Part shown: positions 41,701 through 49,470 of the stretch, in pieces
Numbering within the stretch: the stretch's first letter is position 1
Layout of the letters: each line of letters begins with the position of its first letter
DNA from: an uncultured Bacteroidota bacterium
GTDB lineage: Bacteria > Bacteroidota > Bacteroidia > NS11-12g > UBA955
Assembly (NCBI GenBank): GCA_937867025.1
Contig: CALMKH010000023.1
Coordinates: 1 to 56,385, forward strand
Length of the DNA stretch: 56,385 nt
Reading direction: 5' to 3'
Notes under the pieces: model-generated
Seen by the model: only the letters and a program-made list of their open reading frames with translations
Database searches by the model: none
What the model was told of the DNA's origin: nothing
Position numbers and translations under genes: made by a program

Positions 41701-44700
41701 GGAGATGTTGGCCATGCTCTCAGGGTGTAATTAACGCCGCCGGTGAACGAGAAAGAGCCGATGCTGACAGTATCCGAGCCGCCGGATTTGATAGCCCCGC
41801 TCCAGCTGTAATTAGTTTGTGAAACACCATTCATGGTCCATTTTATCGTTGCGTTCTTGAGTGTATCTGAACCGAAGTTGTTCAGGATGACACGAACAGT
41901 GCGGGATCCGCTTGCAAACGGAGCATTGGGCCCTCCATAAGCCGATATACCGGCATCATTCGGGGATGGAATTTCAAATTCATCGGCTCCGATATCAGGG
42001 GTCAGGCTATCGCGTTTGTTGCCATCAAAATCTTTTTTCACGTCGGAAAGTGACTTTCCGGCTTTGTTCAGGTCAACAGCCCTAACGTGCAGATCAGTGC
42101 CCGACACAAAGAACGGATCGACTGAGATAGAATTGCCGTCTTTTGAGTTGGCCGATTTCAGCGCCGCGAGATCGCTGCGGTCGCCACCCCAGTACGCCAG
42201 GTATGAACCATTCGTGCGGTAACAGTTGTGGTTGGATTCGACAATTGTACCGGTAGAACTGGTGTAAAGCGCATAGCCGCTGCCGGTATGATCGAAGATG
42301 TTGTTGACGGATCGTATGTTATTGCTTGATGAATGCTGTATGGCATATGAAGAGGTGTACGTTGAAGCGACGCGGACGTTGTTGTTGTAAAAATTGATGT
42401 ACGAGCCGCTGTAATTATATATTCCATAAGCGTCATACTGTCCCAGAAGGCTTATCATGTTGTTTGAAACAATCGAAGGCCTGGAAGAATAGCTGTTGCA
42501 TGAATAGAGGTACAATCCCATATATCCTGATGGAAGTATGATGTTGTTGCCTGAAATGTTCATGGTTCCCCGTGCAACCTCCAGGCGCACGCCAAAGCCG
42601 TACTGGTACGTGCCCATAGTGATTTTGTTCGATGTAACGGCCGGAGTGTCTGTATAGTTCAGGAAAATGGCATTGTAATAAGGCGTTTCAAACGTATTGT
42701 TATGTACCTTTATATTCTTGTCGTATACTCCGTTGTTATAACCATAGGCGTAGATTCCGTAGGCACCGTTTTTAAACACGTTGGATGTGAAATGGTTGTT
42801 GTCATTGTTCCTGCTGTTAGTAATGGTAGAATAAACAATGGCGTGGTTGGCTCCGGATCCTGTGGATGAAACGCCCTCAAGGATATTGTTTTCCAATGAG
42901 GTCAATGTTGCCCCGTTCTCGAGATAGAATACAGTGGCGTAGGTTGAATTGACAGCACTGACGGTCATCTTGCGGAATGTGATGCCCCTGGCGCCGTTCA
43001 GTCTCACTGTATAATTATTGGAAGATCCTGCGGAGTTGGTCAGAGTAACAAGCGTGCTGTCGAGGTTTTCAGACTGGAACACGATGTCATTTCTCTCAGC
43101 CGCACCGGTTATGGCAGGAATATCCAGCTGTTCGTTGTAAGTACCGTTCCTTACATTAAACAATACGCTTCCTATGATGCCTCCGCGTTTCATGGCATCA
43201 ACCGCATCGGTAAAGGTATTGAAGTCAGGACTTGCCCCGCCGATGGTGTATGTTCCGCTCAAGGCAGGATACTGATTGACTGCTGATGCCGTGTCATTGT
43301 AATTCACGGTGTCATTGTAACTGTTGGGTAGCGAAGTCCAGGCTTTAAGGCTGTAAGCGCTGTCCGGATCAAAATTTTTTGTTCCCAGTATAACATGGAC
43401 TGTATCATTGGAGGCCAGTGAGCCGCTCCAGCTATAGCTGGTTTGCGCAGTCCCGTTGAACACCCAGCCGATGTTGACACTGCTGATGGAATTCATTCCG
43501 AAGTTTTTCAGCACCACTTTTACGAATTGTGTATCGGGCAGGAAAGGGGTCTTAGGGGTTATGATATCGGAAATACCTGCATCCAGCGCGGGAGGGTCAA
43601 ATTCATCCGCACCTATGTCAGGTGTTGAATCGCGCAGGTCACCTTCAAAGTCGGTGGTAAGACCTGTGTACCGGTCCGCTTTCGCATTGAGCCCGATTTC
43701 CCGGATGTGCAGATTGGTTGTTCCGGTAAACAACGGGTTGATCGAAAGTGAATTGGCATCTGTTCCGGATGCTGACCTGAATGAAGCAAGGTCCGTATAA
43801 TATATATTGTTCCTTCTTGCCAGGTTGGAACCTGATGACCTGAAGTTGTTCTTATCCGATTTCTGAATGGCTGAAGAGTTATAAATATTGATCGCCACGC
43901 CGGCTCCTGTATTTTCTATAATATTATTCAGCACATTCTGCGAACTTCCCGATTCAAGGTACATGCCTATTGAACTGGAATTTGTGGAAGTGCCAAGGCG
44001 TATGGTGTTGTTGATAAAATGGCCCCTGTTGACATTGTACATATAGAAACCGTAAACGTCACCGGATCCGCCCAGGTTCACCATGTTGTTTGCGACAAGT
44101 ATGGTATCGCCATTCCCATAACCTGAATAGATATAAATTCCGTATCTTCCGTAATCAGGACGTTTGATATTGTTCCTGGTGATCCGCACTTTATTATAGA
44201 GTTGCTCGCCCCTTATGGCCATAAAGTCGGAATATGTGGAGGTCGAGGAAATGGTGTTGAAGTCGACTACCGGTCCGTCCTGATAGATCAGCGCTACCGG
44301 ATTATAGAACTGGTTCAGGAATGTATTGTTTGTGATCCTCGTGCCGGACTCCCTGTAATTGGGCGGGCCGTAGCCATACCAGTACACGCCGTAACTTCCG
44401 CCCTCAAACACGTTCCTGTCAAATTCATTATATTGTTCGGTCGTGTTGCTGTTGAAAGAGCCTACCAGCGCCATGCTTGAGCTGGTAGTATTGCTTGTGC
44501 TGTTTTTAATGCGGTTGTTGTTCAGCTTATTGTAGCTGGCGTTTTCTTCAAACCGGAACACCACGCCGTTGCTTGAATTGAGCGACATGATGGTGAGGTT
44601 CCTGAATGTTATATTGGAGGCTCCTTCAAAGAACACCACATAATTCGTGTCGGAGAACGTGGAGTTGTATTGAAGGGTGACGCTTGTACTGTCGAGGTTG

Positions 44701-47700
44701 GAGCTTTCGAATATAACGCTTCCGGGCTGGTTGGCGCCATCGATCGGTGTCAGTACCAGTTGTTCCGTATATGTTCCCGACCTGACCCTGAACCGCACCC
44801 CGCCAGAGATGCCAGCTTCTTTCATCGCTTGGATGGCGGCCTTGAAAGTTGTGAAATCAGGCGTTGTGCCACCAATGGTATACACACCGCTCATGGCGGT
44901 TTTTTTATTCTTTATCCTGAAGGTGTCGTTGGATTTTTTCTGATCGGTAAGGTTGTTCGGCTGTGACGTCCAGGCAGTGAGATTGTTGACGCTGTCTCTT
45001 TTGAAGATGTAATTGCCGATGATCACCTGGGCGGTATCGCCTGAACCAAGGGTGTCATTCAGGGTGACGATCGCAAAGGTATCACTGTTGATCTTGCAAT
45101 GCACGCGTACAGATGTCAGGGTGTCAAGTCCGCGGTTTGTAACAATTACCTTGATCTGGACAGTGTCCGGTATAATGGCTCCGGCAGGGCTTATAAACCC
45201 GGTAACACCGGCATCCCTGGTAACAGGCACAAATTCGTCAGCGCCTATATCCGGCGTAGCGGAACGTGTTTCGCCGTCAATATCCCTGGTGACGAAATGA
45301 AGTTTTTTAGCTCTTGCGTTGAGGTTCACCTGCTCTACGTGCAGATCACTGTTGGATATAAAGCCCGGATCTACGGACCGTGAGTTGCTGTCAATGCCGT
45401 CAGCCAGCATGGAAGCCAGGTCGGAATATGAATTCGAGTTGATCTCTGTGAGGGTTGATCCGGTGCTGTAATAGTTGTTGTGGTCGTGAACAGTCTGGTA
45501 AGGTGACTGGATTCTCGCAGCCAGACCGCCTTTTGAGTTCACAAAAATATTGTTAAGTATTTTTGAATAATAAGGGTATACCAGCCTGGCGCCTATAGCC
45601 CCCGAACGCGTTCCATGCTGATGAACATTGTTGTTGGTGATATAGGCATTTTCTGTACTGTATATATAAAGGGCGTATTCTGCATTATCTCCGCCCACAT
45701 TTATAAAGTTATTGAAAATATAGCTGGAGTCAGTTGAATTGTTAGCCTCCAGATACTGAATATAAACCCCTGCATATTCTGATTTATCAGGGCCGGATAT
45801 GCGGTTCCCCGATATCCTGTTAGTGCCATACAGCTGGTAGATATAGAGACCATAGTGCCCGCTATATGCAGAGTTTGACCTTATGATGTTGTCCCTGAAT
45901 GTAAAGTTGGTTGACCTGTCTACATATAAGCCTGCATAATAGGCATCTTCCAACAGGTTGCCTGTTAACGACAGGTTGGTGTTTCCATAGGTATACATGG
46001 CCACGGATCCGTTCTTGAAACGGTTTCCGGCAAAGCTTATATTCAGGCCAGACTGGTCATTATATACCAGGCAATTGTAATAGTCATTGGTATTGGTCGT
46101 CGAGGCCGACTCCAGGACACAATGGAAGAAATCGACGTTCGATGTCCCGTTGTCAAGGGTCACAGCGCGTGTGGCCGTGCTGCTGCTTGTGCTCTTGATG
46201 GTCATATGCCTGAACGTCACCCACTGGGCAGCATCAAGATAGACAACCTCATAAGCCGAATAGCTGGTTCCAAAGCTCAGGGTGACCAGCGAGCTGTCTT
46301 TGTTCTGCGATTCAAATACGATGGCATTTTTTCTTGTGGCGCCCTGTATGGCCGGAATGGCGATGCGTTCGTTATACGTGCCATTCCTTACCTTGAACAG
46401 TACGGAATCGATAATGCCGCCGTCTGTCATGGCGGAAACGGCTGCTGTAAAGGTGCTGAAGTCAGGTGTTGTTCCACCAATAGTATACACACCGCTCAGG
46501 GCAGGTTTGCCTGATCGAGTGGCGGTGTCATTGAAATTCATGGTATCGGTAACGCTGTTCGGACTGCTGGTCCACACCTTGACATTATAGTTTGTATTGG
46601 TGAGGAACCTGTGCATGCCGATGCACAGCTCGGCAGTATCCCCTGAAAGCAGGTTGCCCGACCAGTTATAGGTAGTTTTGGCAGTGCCATTGATACTCCA
46701 TCTCACCTGTACCGAATTCAGGGTGTCCTCGCCGTGGTTCTTGAGTATGACGCGCACGCAGACACTGTCGGCCTTATACGGGAATATGCCTGCAATACCT
46801 GCATCCGCCGGCACAAGACTAAATTCGTCTGCTCCGATATCCGGATTGGTGCTGCTCCTGTTCTCGCCATCAATATCTTTAGTGATCCGGGCATCAGGTG
46901 TCGCGTTGCGGTTCATGTCCGATGAATAGGCATGCAGGTTGAGAGTGGTTTTGTAATTAGGATTTCCGAATGTGGAGGCGGAATCAAGGCTTGTAGAACT
47001 CTTCCAGCCGGCAAGTCCGCTAATGGTCGTGTTATAGTAAAAGGTGGGTGCGGTTGGTGAATAGAAGTTGTTGCGATCGGATGCTTCAATATTTTTAGTG
47101 CCGGAATACGATACGTACATAATGTTGCCCGTGCCATTTTGGGATACCGAATTGTTGCGTACCCTGATATTGCTGCCGTTGTAAATGTACAGGTTGCTGT
47201 AACCGCTGTAAAACGTGTTGCTGTACGTGCTGTTGTTATAAAAGTCTATATAATAGGAATAATACGAGTTCCATGCATAGGCATCTACATACGCAGCCTT
47301 TCCGGCGACAAGGAAGTTATTGGCTATGAGATTCCTGAAACTGCCGGTCCTGTTGACATTGTCCGTATAAATGGCTCCGCTGGCTCCATTGGGTTGCAGT
47401 ATCCTGTTGCCCATAACGGTAATGTTCCTGTTGTTATAGAAATAAATACCGTATCCGCTTGTATAAGCAGTATTTTCCCTTGACAAAAGATTGCCGCTGA
47501 TCTGTACCTTGCTAAAATAATAACAGAAAATATTCGAATAATACTGGTCGATAAAATTGCTTCCGGTGATGCTGAGGTCAGACACGGTGTTGGATGTGGT
47601 CCAGTAGAATCCCGTACTTCCTGATTTAAATTCACATTTGTCTATCTGTATTTTCCTGCTCGTGTTTCCTGTCAGCGAATTGGCCATGAACAGGGCATGG

Positions 47701-48923
47701 TTGGTTGATGTGGTGGAAACGGTAGAGCCTGATATGCGGCAGTTCATGAATGAAAGGTTCAGGAAAGTGCCGCCGATATCCACAACCCGTCCGTATGTTG
47801 AGCCAAGGGCTTCAAGTGTCAGCTGTGCAAACTTGACATGTGCCGCATTTTTGAGTTGAACCGTATAGTTAGTGCCCGATGCAAAGGACGCGTAATATAT
47901 GGTAACGTCCGAGCTGTCACCTGTGGAAGACCTGAAAGTCACGGTTTTAACCGAATCCGTTCCCGGGATAGGGCCAATGATCAATTGTTCGTTGTATGAG
48001 CCGGGCCGGATATTGATCACTACAGGTCCGCAAACACCATTCGCCTGCAGGTCATTGATGGCTGCCTGCACCGATCCGTAATCCGGATTGCTGCCCCCGA
48101 CCGTGAGCGTGTCTCCAAGGCTGGGTTTGATATATGCTATCAGGGTATCGTTCCTGGTCGCGGTGTCTGTCGCACCGTTCGGCAGGGAGGTCCAGACTTT
48201 AAGTGTATCGCGCCTTCCTGCGACAAGCGTTTTGGAGCCTAGTGTTATCCTGGCTTTGTTTGAACCCGAGCCACCTATTGTATCCAGAACGGAATTATGC
48301 CTGTATGTGGTTTGAGTAACCCCGTTGTATGTCCAGTTCACCTTGACAGAGTCGATGCGGTTCCTGCCGGTGTTGCCAATGGTGACGACAATGTTGCGGG
48401 CACCCGGACACACCCTGTAGGGCGAATCAATGGAATACATGGCAGCATCGTTGGTGGCAGTGCTTGAATATGTGCGTATGACAACAATCCTGTCAGCGCA
48501 GAGCTGTATGCCTGAGAATGTCAGGAAATTGGTGTCATTGTACTGGTAAGATCCCAGCAGGTTAAAATCTGCGGAAATCGTATCCACGGTACAGCTGTTG
48601 CATTGACACGAATATGCAGGACTGATCACACCAAGGGTGTCCCCGTTCATCATGGCATAAAAATTACCCGACCCGCAGGAGGTATGGTAAATCTTTACGA
48701 CGATTTTTGTCAGCCGTCCCGGCGAACCGTTGCCGATAAGCAAATGCTGCTTTGAGGTAAAGCAATCGTAATTGCTGCCACAAATGAGACAGCCGCTGCT
48801 GCCGTTTGTGTTGTAGTCATACACGGTGGTGTCGCGCAACTGGGCATTAGCCGGGGTTGAGGCGCAGAAAAGTAAAAAGACGAGAAATAGGGGGGTAATG
48901 AAGCTTTGTAGTTTTAGTCTCAT
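35784..48923 (-). CDS. 4379-aa exported giant protein: Cys-rich N-terminus, five beta-helix modules, eight CARDB repeats, PPC-like and IPT-like domains; no T9SS CTD
   Basis: Signal peptide ending ANA|Q. Five (Y/L)T(I/V)GG..PD(F/Y)...PDIGADEF modules. Eight PDL.V...W.D..YLS.D...E..E.NN units. Ends ...GFTIILPNN with no PNP or PNGDG motif. Confidence 0.9.
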   Translation of the reverse strand: MRLKLQSFITPLFLVFLLFCASTPANAQLRDTTVYDYNTNGSSGCLICGSNYDCFTSKQHLLIGNGSPGRLTKIVVKIYHTSCGSGNFYAMMNGDTLGVISPAYSCQCNSCTVDTISADFNLLGSYQYNDTNFLTFSGIQLCADRIVVIRTYSSTATNDAAMYSIDSPYRVCPGARNIVVTIGNTGRNRIDSVKVNWTYNGVTQTTYRHNSVLDTIGGSGSNKARITLGSKTLVAGRRDTLKVWTSLPNGATDTATRNDTLIAYIKPSLGDTLTVGGSNPDYGSVQAAINDLQANGVCGPVVINIRPGSYNEQLIIGPIPGTDSVKTVTFRSSTGDSSDVTIYYASFASGTNYTVQLKNAAHVKFAQLTLEALGSTYGRVVDIGGTFLNLSFMNCRISGSTVSTTSTNHALFMANSLTGNTSRKIQIDKCEFKSGSTGFYWTTSNTVSDLSITGSNFIDQYYSNIFCYYFSKVQISGNLLSRENTAYTSGYGIYFYNNRNITVMGNRILQPNGASGAIYTDNVNRTGSFRNLIANNFLVAGKAAYVDAYAWNSYYSYYIDFYNNSTYSNTFYSGYSNLYIYNGSNIRVRNNSVSQNGTGNIMYVSYSGTKNIEASDRNNFYSPTAPTFYYNTTISGLAGWKSSTSLDSASTFGNPNYKTTLNLHAYSSDMNRNATPDARITKDIDGENRSSTNPDIGADEFSLVPADAGIAGIFPYKADSVCVRVILKNHGEDTLNSVQVRWSINGTAKTTYNWSGNLLSGDTAELCIGMHRFLTNTNYNVKVWTSSPNSVTDTMNFNDTATRSGKPALSGVYTIGGTTPDFSTFTAAVSAMTDGGIIDSVLFKVRNGTYNERIAIPAIQGATRKNAIVFESQNKDSSLVTLSFGTSYSAYEVVYLDAAQWVTFRHMTIKSTSSSTATRAVTLDNGTSNVDFFHCVLESASTTNTNDYYNCLVYNDQSGLNISFAGNRFKNGSVAMYTYGNTNLSLTGNLLEDAYYAGLYVDRSTNFTFRDNIIRSNSAYSGHYGLYIYQLYGTNRISGNRISGPDKSEYAGVYIQYLEANNSTDSSYIFNNFINVGGDNAEYALYIYSTENAYITNNNVHQHGTRSGAIGARLVYPYYSKILNNIFVNSKGGLAARIQSPYQTVHDHNNYYSTGSTLTEINSNSYSDLASMLADGIDSNSRSVDPGFISNSDLHVEQVNLNARAKKLHFVTRDIDGETRSATPDIGADEFVPVTRDAGVTGFISPAGAIIPDTVQIKVIVTNRGLDTLTSVRVHCKINSDTFAIVTLNDTLGSGDTAQVIIGNYIFKRDSVNNLTAWTSQPNNLTDQKKSNDTFRIKNKKTAMSGVYTIGGTTPDFTTFKAAIQAMKEAGISGGVRFRVRSGTYTEQLVLTPIDGANQPGSVIFESSNLDSTSVTLQYNSTFSDTNYVVFFEGASNITFRNLTIMSLNSSNGVVFRFEENASYNKLNNNRIKNSTSNTTSSSMALVGSFNSNTTEQYNEFDRNVFEGGSYGVYWYGYGPPNYRESGTRITNNTFLNQFYNPVALIYQDGPVVDFNTISSTSTYSDFMAIRGEQLYNKVRITRNNIKRPDYGRYGIYIYSGYGNGDTILVANNMVNLGGSGDVYGFYMYNVNRGHFINNTIRLGTSTNSSSIGMYLESGSSQNVLNNIIENTGAGVAINIYNSSAIQKSDKNNFRSSGSNLARRNNIYYTDLASFRSASGTDANSLSINPLFTGTTNLHIREIGLNAKADRYTGLTTDFEGDLRDSTPDIGADEFDPPALDAGISDIITPKTPFLPDTQFVKVVLKNFGMNSISSVNIGWVFNGTAQTSYSWSGSLASNDTVHVILGTKNFDPDSAYSLKAWTSLPNSYNDTVNYNDTASAVNQYPALSGTYTIGGASPDFNTFTDAVDAMKRGGIIGSVLFNVRNGTYNEQLDIPAITGAAERNDIVFQSENLDSTLVTLTNSAGSSNNYTVRLNGARGITFRKMTVSAVNSTYATVFYLENGATLTSLENNILEGVSSTGSGANHAIVYSTITNSRNNDNNHFTSNVFKNGAYGIYAYGYNNGVYDKNIKVHNNTFETPYYNAIFLNYTDTPAVTSNKITMGTYQYGFGVRLEVARGTMNISGNNIILPSGYMGLYLYSCNSYSSRPSIVSNNMISLLGQYDAYGIYNYSGSYINFYNNNVRVASTYTSSYAIQHSSSNNIRSVNNIFDHTGSGYALYTSSTGTIVESNHNCYRTNGSYLAYWGGDRSDLAALKSANSKDGNSISVDPFFVSGTDLHVRAVDLNKAGKSLSDVKKDFDGNKRDSLTPDIGADEFEIPSPNDAGISAYGGPNAPFASGSRTVRVILNNFGSDTLKNATIKWTMNGVSQTNYSWSGAIKSGGSDTVSIGSFSFTGGVNYTLRAWPTSPNGVTDTLNYNDTLTKSNIYSGLDGIYTIGGSLPDFNTFNDARNALMLGGVLDTVIFKVRNGTYNEQVQILQYPGSSVSRPVTFTSESGDSSKVTLQYSAPNYNNNYIFSLKGADNITISKMTMSATNSYYSTVVSIDNGAANNRILNNRILMSLSYYNGVGVLSGSDRDDNTKILNNVISGGYYGIQVYGGGSSSTLQETGMVIENNTINSFRYSGIYMQYMNAPAIRRNIITPLTNTGDQLIYMNDVSNDVVISYNKLSSSYPYTTGIYINNHQGTSSKKGMIFNNFISLADPYYHGINLISSNYTSIFFNSINLYGTASSSTSACIRFQSANNTDLRNNILSNKAGTYAIHANNVPTLSNYNDLYTSGTNIGFVGSNNYTTLSAWKSGVSRDANSVSVNPNFITDTDLHTTLISLDSAATPISGITDDIDKNTRNATRPDIGADEFNSLPNNLSILAVTNPVNGCEIDSQLLNVTVFNYGSNTQKNFPVRYRVNNGSVISQTFTDSILPGFSKTFTFTGKVNTKPVGDYNFIVWTDASAEQYRLNDTLKVKVTNYQVPDSVGIMIPSDSSKNLDFPFSLSWSPVNGATLYDIYIWPDSVNTRPPTAAYSGLTQISKQITTGLGYGQTYKWQIIARNPSCSTPGPVQRFTVRHLPDVLATTVNSPLTAFSGNSISVSWVTKNRGAGSTGSGYWYDLVYLSKDNILDGSDILLTGVINLTSLSASQSYTQSANVTLPNGISGIHHIIVRTDGYGYILESDEGNNNKSDSLGINVSLTPPPDLQVTSIIKPSQAFSGQTINVRYTVKNSGTGNTRGSSWYDHVYLHSDSVVGGTHVRSLQHTGALDPDSSYTVQTTVPLPNNISGGYYIIVRTDPYNAIYEHANENNNDRISDSLKVILTPPPDLIVRNIVIEDSVSNKEVVNLTYDLINQGGSATTNSWYDQAYVSKTTPFNANNSIYIGGWWRYNIGSDDTITCSQSVTIPDNITGSYFVYVFADAGNLQFEGVNDTNNISRKTTRVLNPDLIIYNVNVPASDTSGKLIQVNWKVRNDGLGKQIFSGRNDKIYISRHNKFHPDSVILLETVHYNAALNPGDSLLRTKFARIPDGTKGSRYVYVVADADNNIYENGKDTNNTRRSSVMTVHLAPYPDLRVLTVNRPDTSEAGKKASITYTVQNKGNRSAIPVWKDRVYMSKDSIYNPSKVTLLKTNNIASTLLVDSTYSITQDVDIPTALSAGNYYFYVFTDASDVRYEYLFENNNIKRSSKIFIKGYPPVDLTVTSITAPDSVFSGNNLSITWKVKNVGLAKTIANTWVDRTYLSSDSILDGSDRFVGETSIFTPLDKDSTYTRNLVYTTPNGISGTYYLLVKTDARNDNNDDDTSNNTRVARNGSGIAKTIKVILSLSSDLQITAWNVPSTATAGQPAQFIWKVENKGDTTTRAGSWTDRVYLSTDYTIDNSDINLGNGTRAGNLLKKASYTDTVSLFIPDITGAYIVLIKTDDGNREYEHNAENNNVQASVMTISQAPPGDLVVSSVTAPSSAIAGGYVNVSYQIRNRGSNPINGTRTDNIYISEDTIFDGTDVLFASRQDQSSLVPNATRNLSAGGYINGIKTGTHYFIVFTDVRDNINESRDTNNTGYGNAIDINVPVLPLNVLTNDTLHDDKNLYYRLIVPDSLKGESILITIKGDSVNGHNELYARLNEVPTRSNFDHAFSTPFYGNQEILIPAADTGIYYIMAYGNTSTANFQKVTLLARKLNFEIRKVTPVSVGNNGQVTLKIEGAKFTENTVFRIAIDSAFAGNPSTVDSSGVLYIEMNALDPSAQGGDAGLIVADPTVAYATFKLVQVPTGLYNVIAEKEEQTAMLRRGLKVVTTEPASVVIDVQRPSNSRTNVLNAFQINYRNTGNVDLVNSFLEIISNGGAPISLTQPGLTQKAINLKVILENDSGPAGVLRAGSEGSVMIYSISSTALGFTIILPNN
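36775..39740 (-). repeat. Eight CARDB-like repeats
   Basis: Units start LPDVL, PPDLQV, PPDLIV, NPDLII, YPDLRV, PVDLTV, SSDLQI, PGDLVV. Boundaries are approximate. Confidence 0.85.
40356..48115 (-). repeat. Five tandem modules of about 530-545 aa (parallel beta-helix + PDIGADEF + Ig/CARDB-like spacer)
   Basis: PDIGADEF is encoded at 46821-46844, 45231-45254, 43599-43622, 41976-41999 and 40356-40379 (spacing 1590-1632 nt). Confidence 0.88.
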
Positions 48924-49007
48924 AAGCAGTGTAGTAAGGTTTTAAAAAGCGGTTAACAGGCGGTAAAAACCTATACAGCAATACGGTTTCAGGCTGATAG
49001 GAGAGGT

Positions 49008-49038
49008 CAAAAGTAGAGCATAATTTCGCAAAACCAAA
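49008..49038 (-). promoter_or_regulatory. Bacteroidota primary-sigma promoter for the giant operon (TTTG-N19-TACTTTTG)
   Basis: -7 element at 49008-49015 and -33 TTTG at 49035-49038, spaced 19 nt apart, about 85 nt upstream of the ATG. Confidence 0.75.
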
Positions 49039-49429
49039 ATTATTTTAATGCTAAAAAATTACTAAAAAAGCAAATTTTTAAGTCACTAGAAATCAACCAT
49101 TGGAGGGGTTTAGTGCGGAAAAAAAGACACTTTTCGCGTCGTTTTTTGCATGAAGCGGTATACTTAATTTTAAGTATTTTTACCCGGAAAAGAAGATGAA
49201 AAGTCAGAAAATTGTCACTTTTTGATTAAATTTTATCAGAAAAAGCTAGTAAAAAGTACTAAAATTTATTTCATGATATAATCCCTTGCAGATCAGTGTC
49301 CTGAATTGCTGAATGGTGAAAAATTCTTATCCTGTTAAAATACGCCGGATGCGTTATTGCAGAAATATGAATTGCATATCATTTTTGTATGCCGGCTGAG
49401 CAAAAAATGACAATACACAAATAATGAAG

Positions 49430-49470
49430 GAAGAACAGGGGCGAAACAGTTTGTTTGGCCCTGTTTTTTT
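49430..49470 (-). terminator. Imperfect hairpin immediately after the ligD stop
   Basis: AACAGGGCCAAACA / AAC / TGTTTCGCCCCTGTT followed by a pyrimidine run. Confidence 0.5.

Noticed and set aside
27399-48315. Many 60-190 aa plus-strand ORFs, some repetitive
   Set aside because: Antisense shadows of the two giant genes. Their periodicity mirrors the coding repeats.
48945-48970. gcggtta...ggcggta resembling an ops antitermination element upstream of a very long operon
   Set aside because: It is on the wrong strand for the operon and incomplete, and there is no NusG paralogue in the window.
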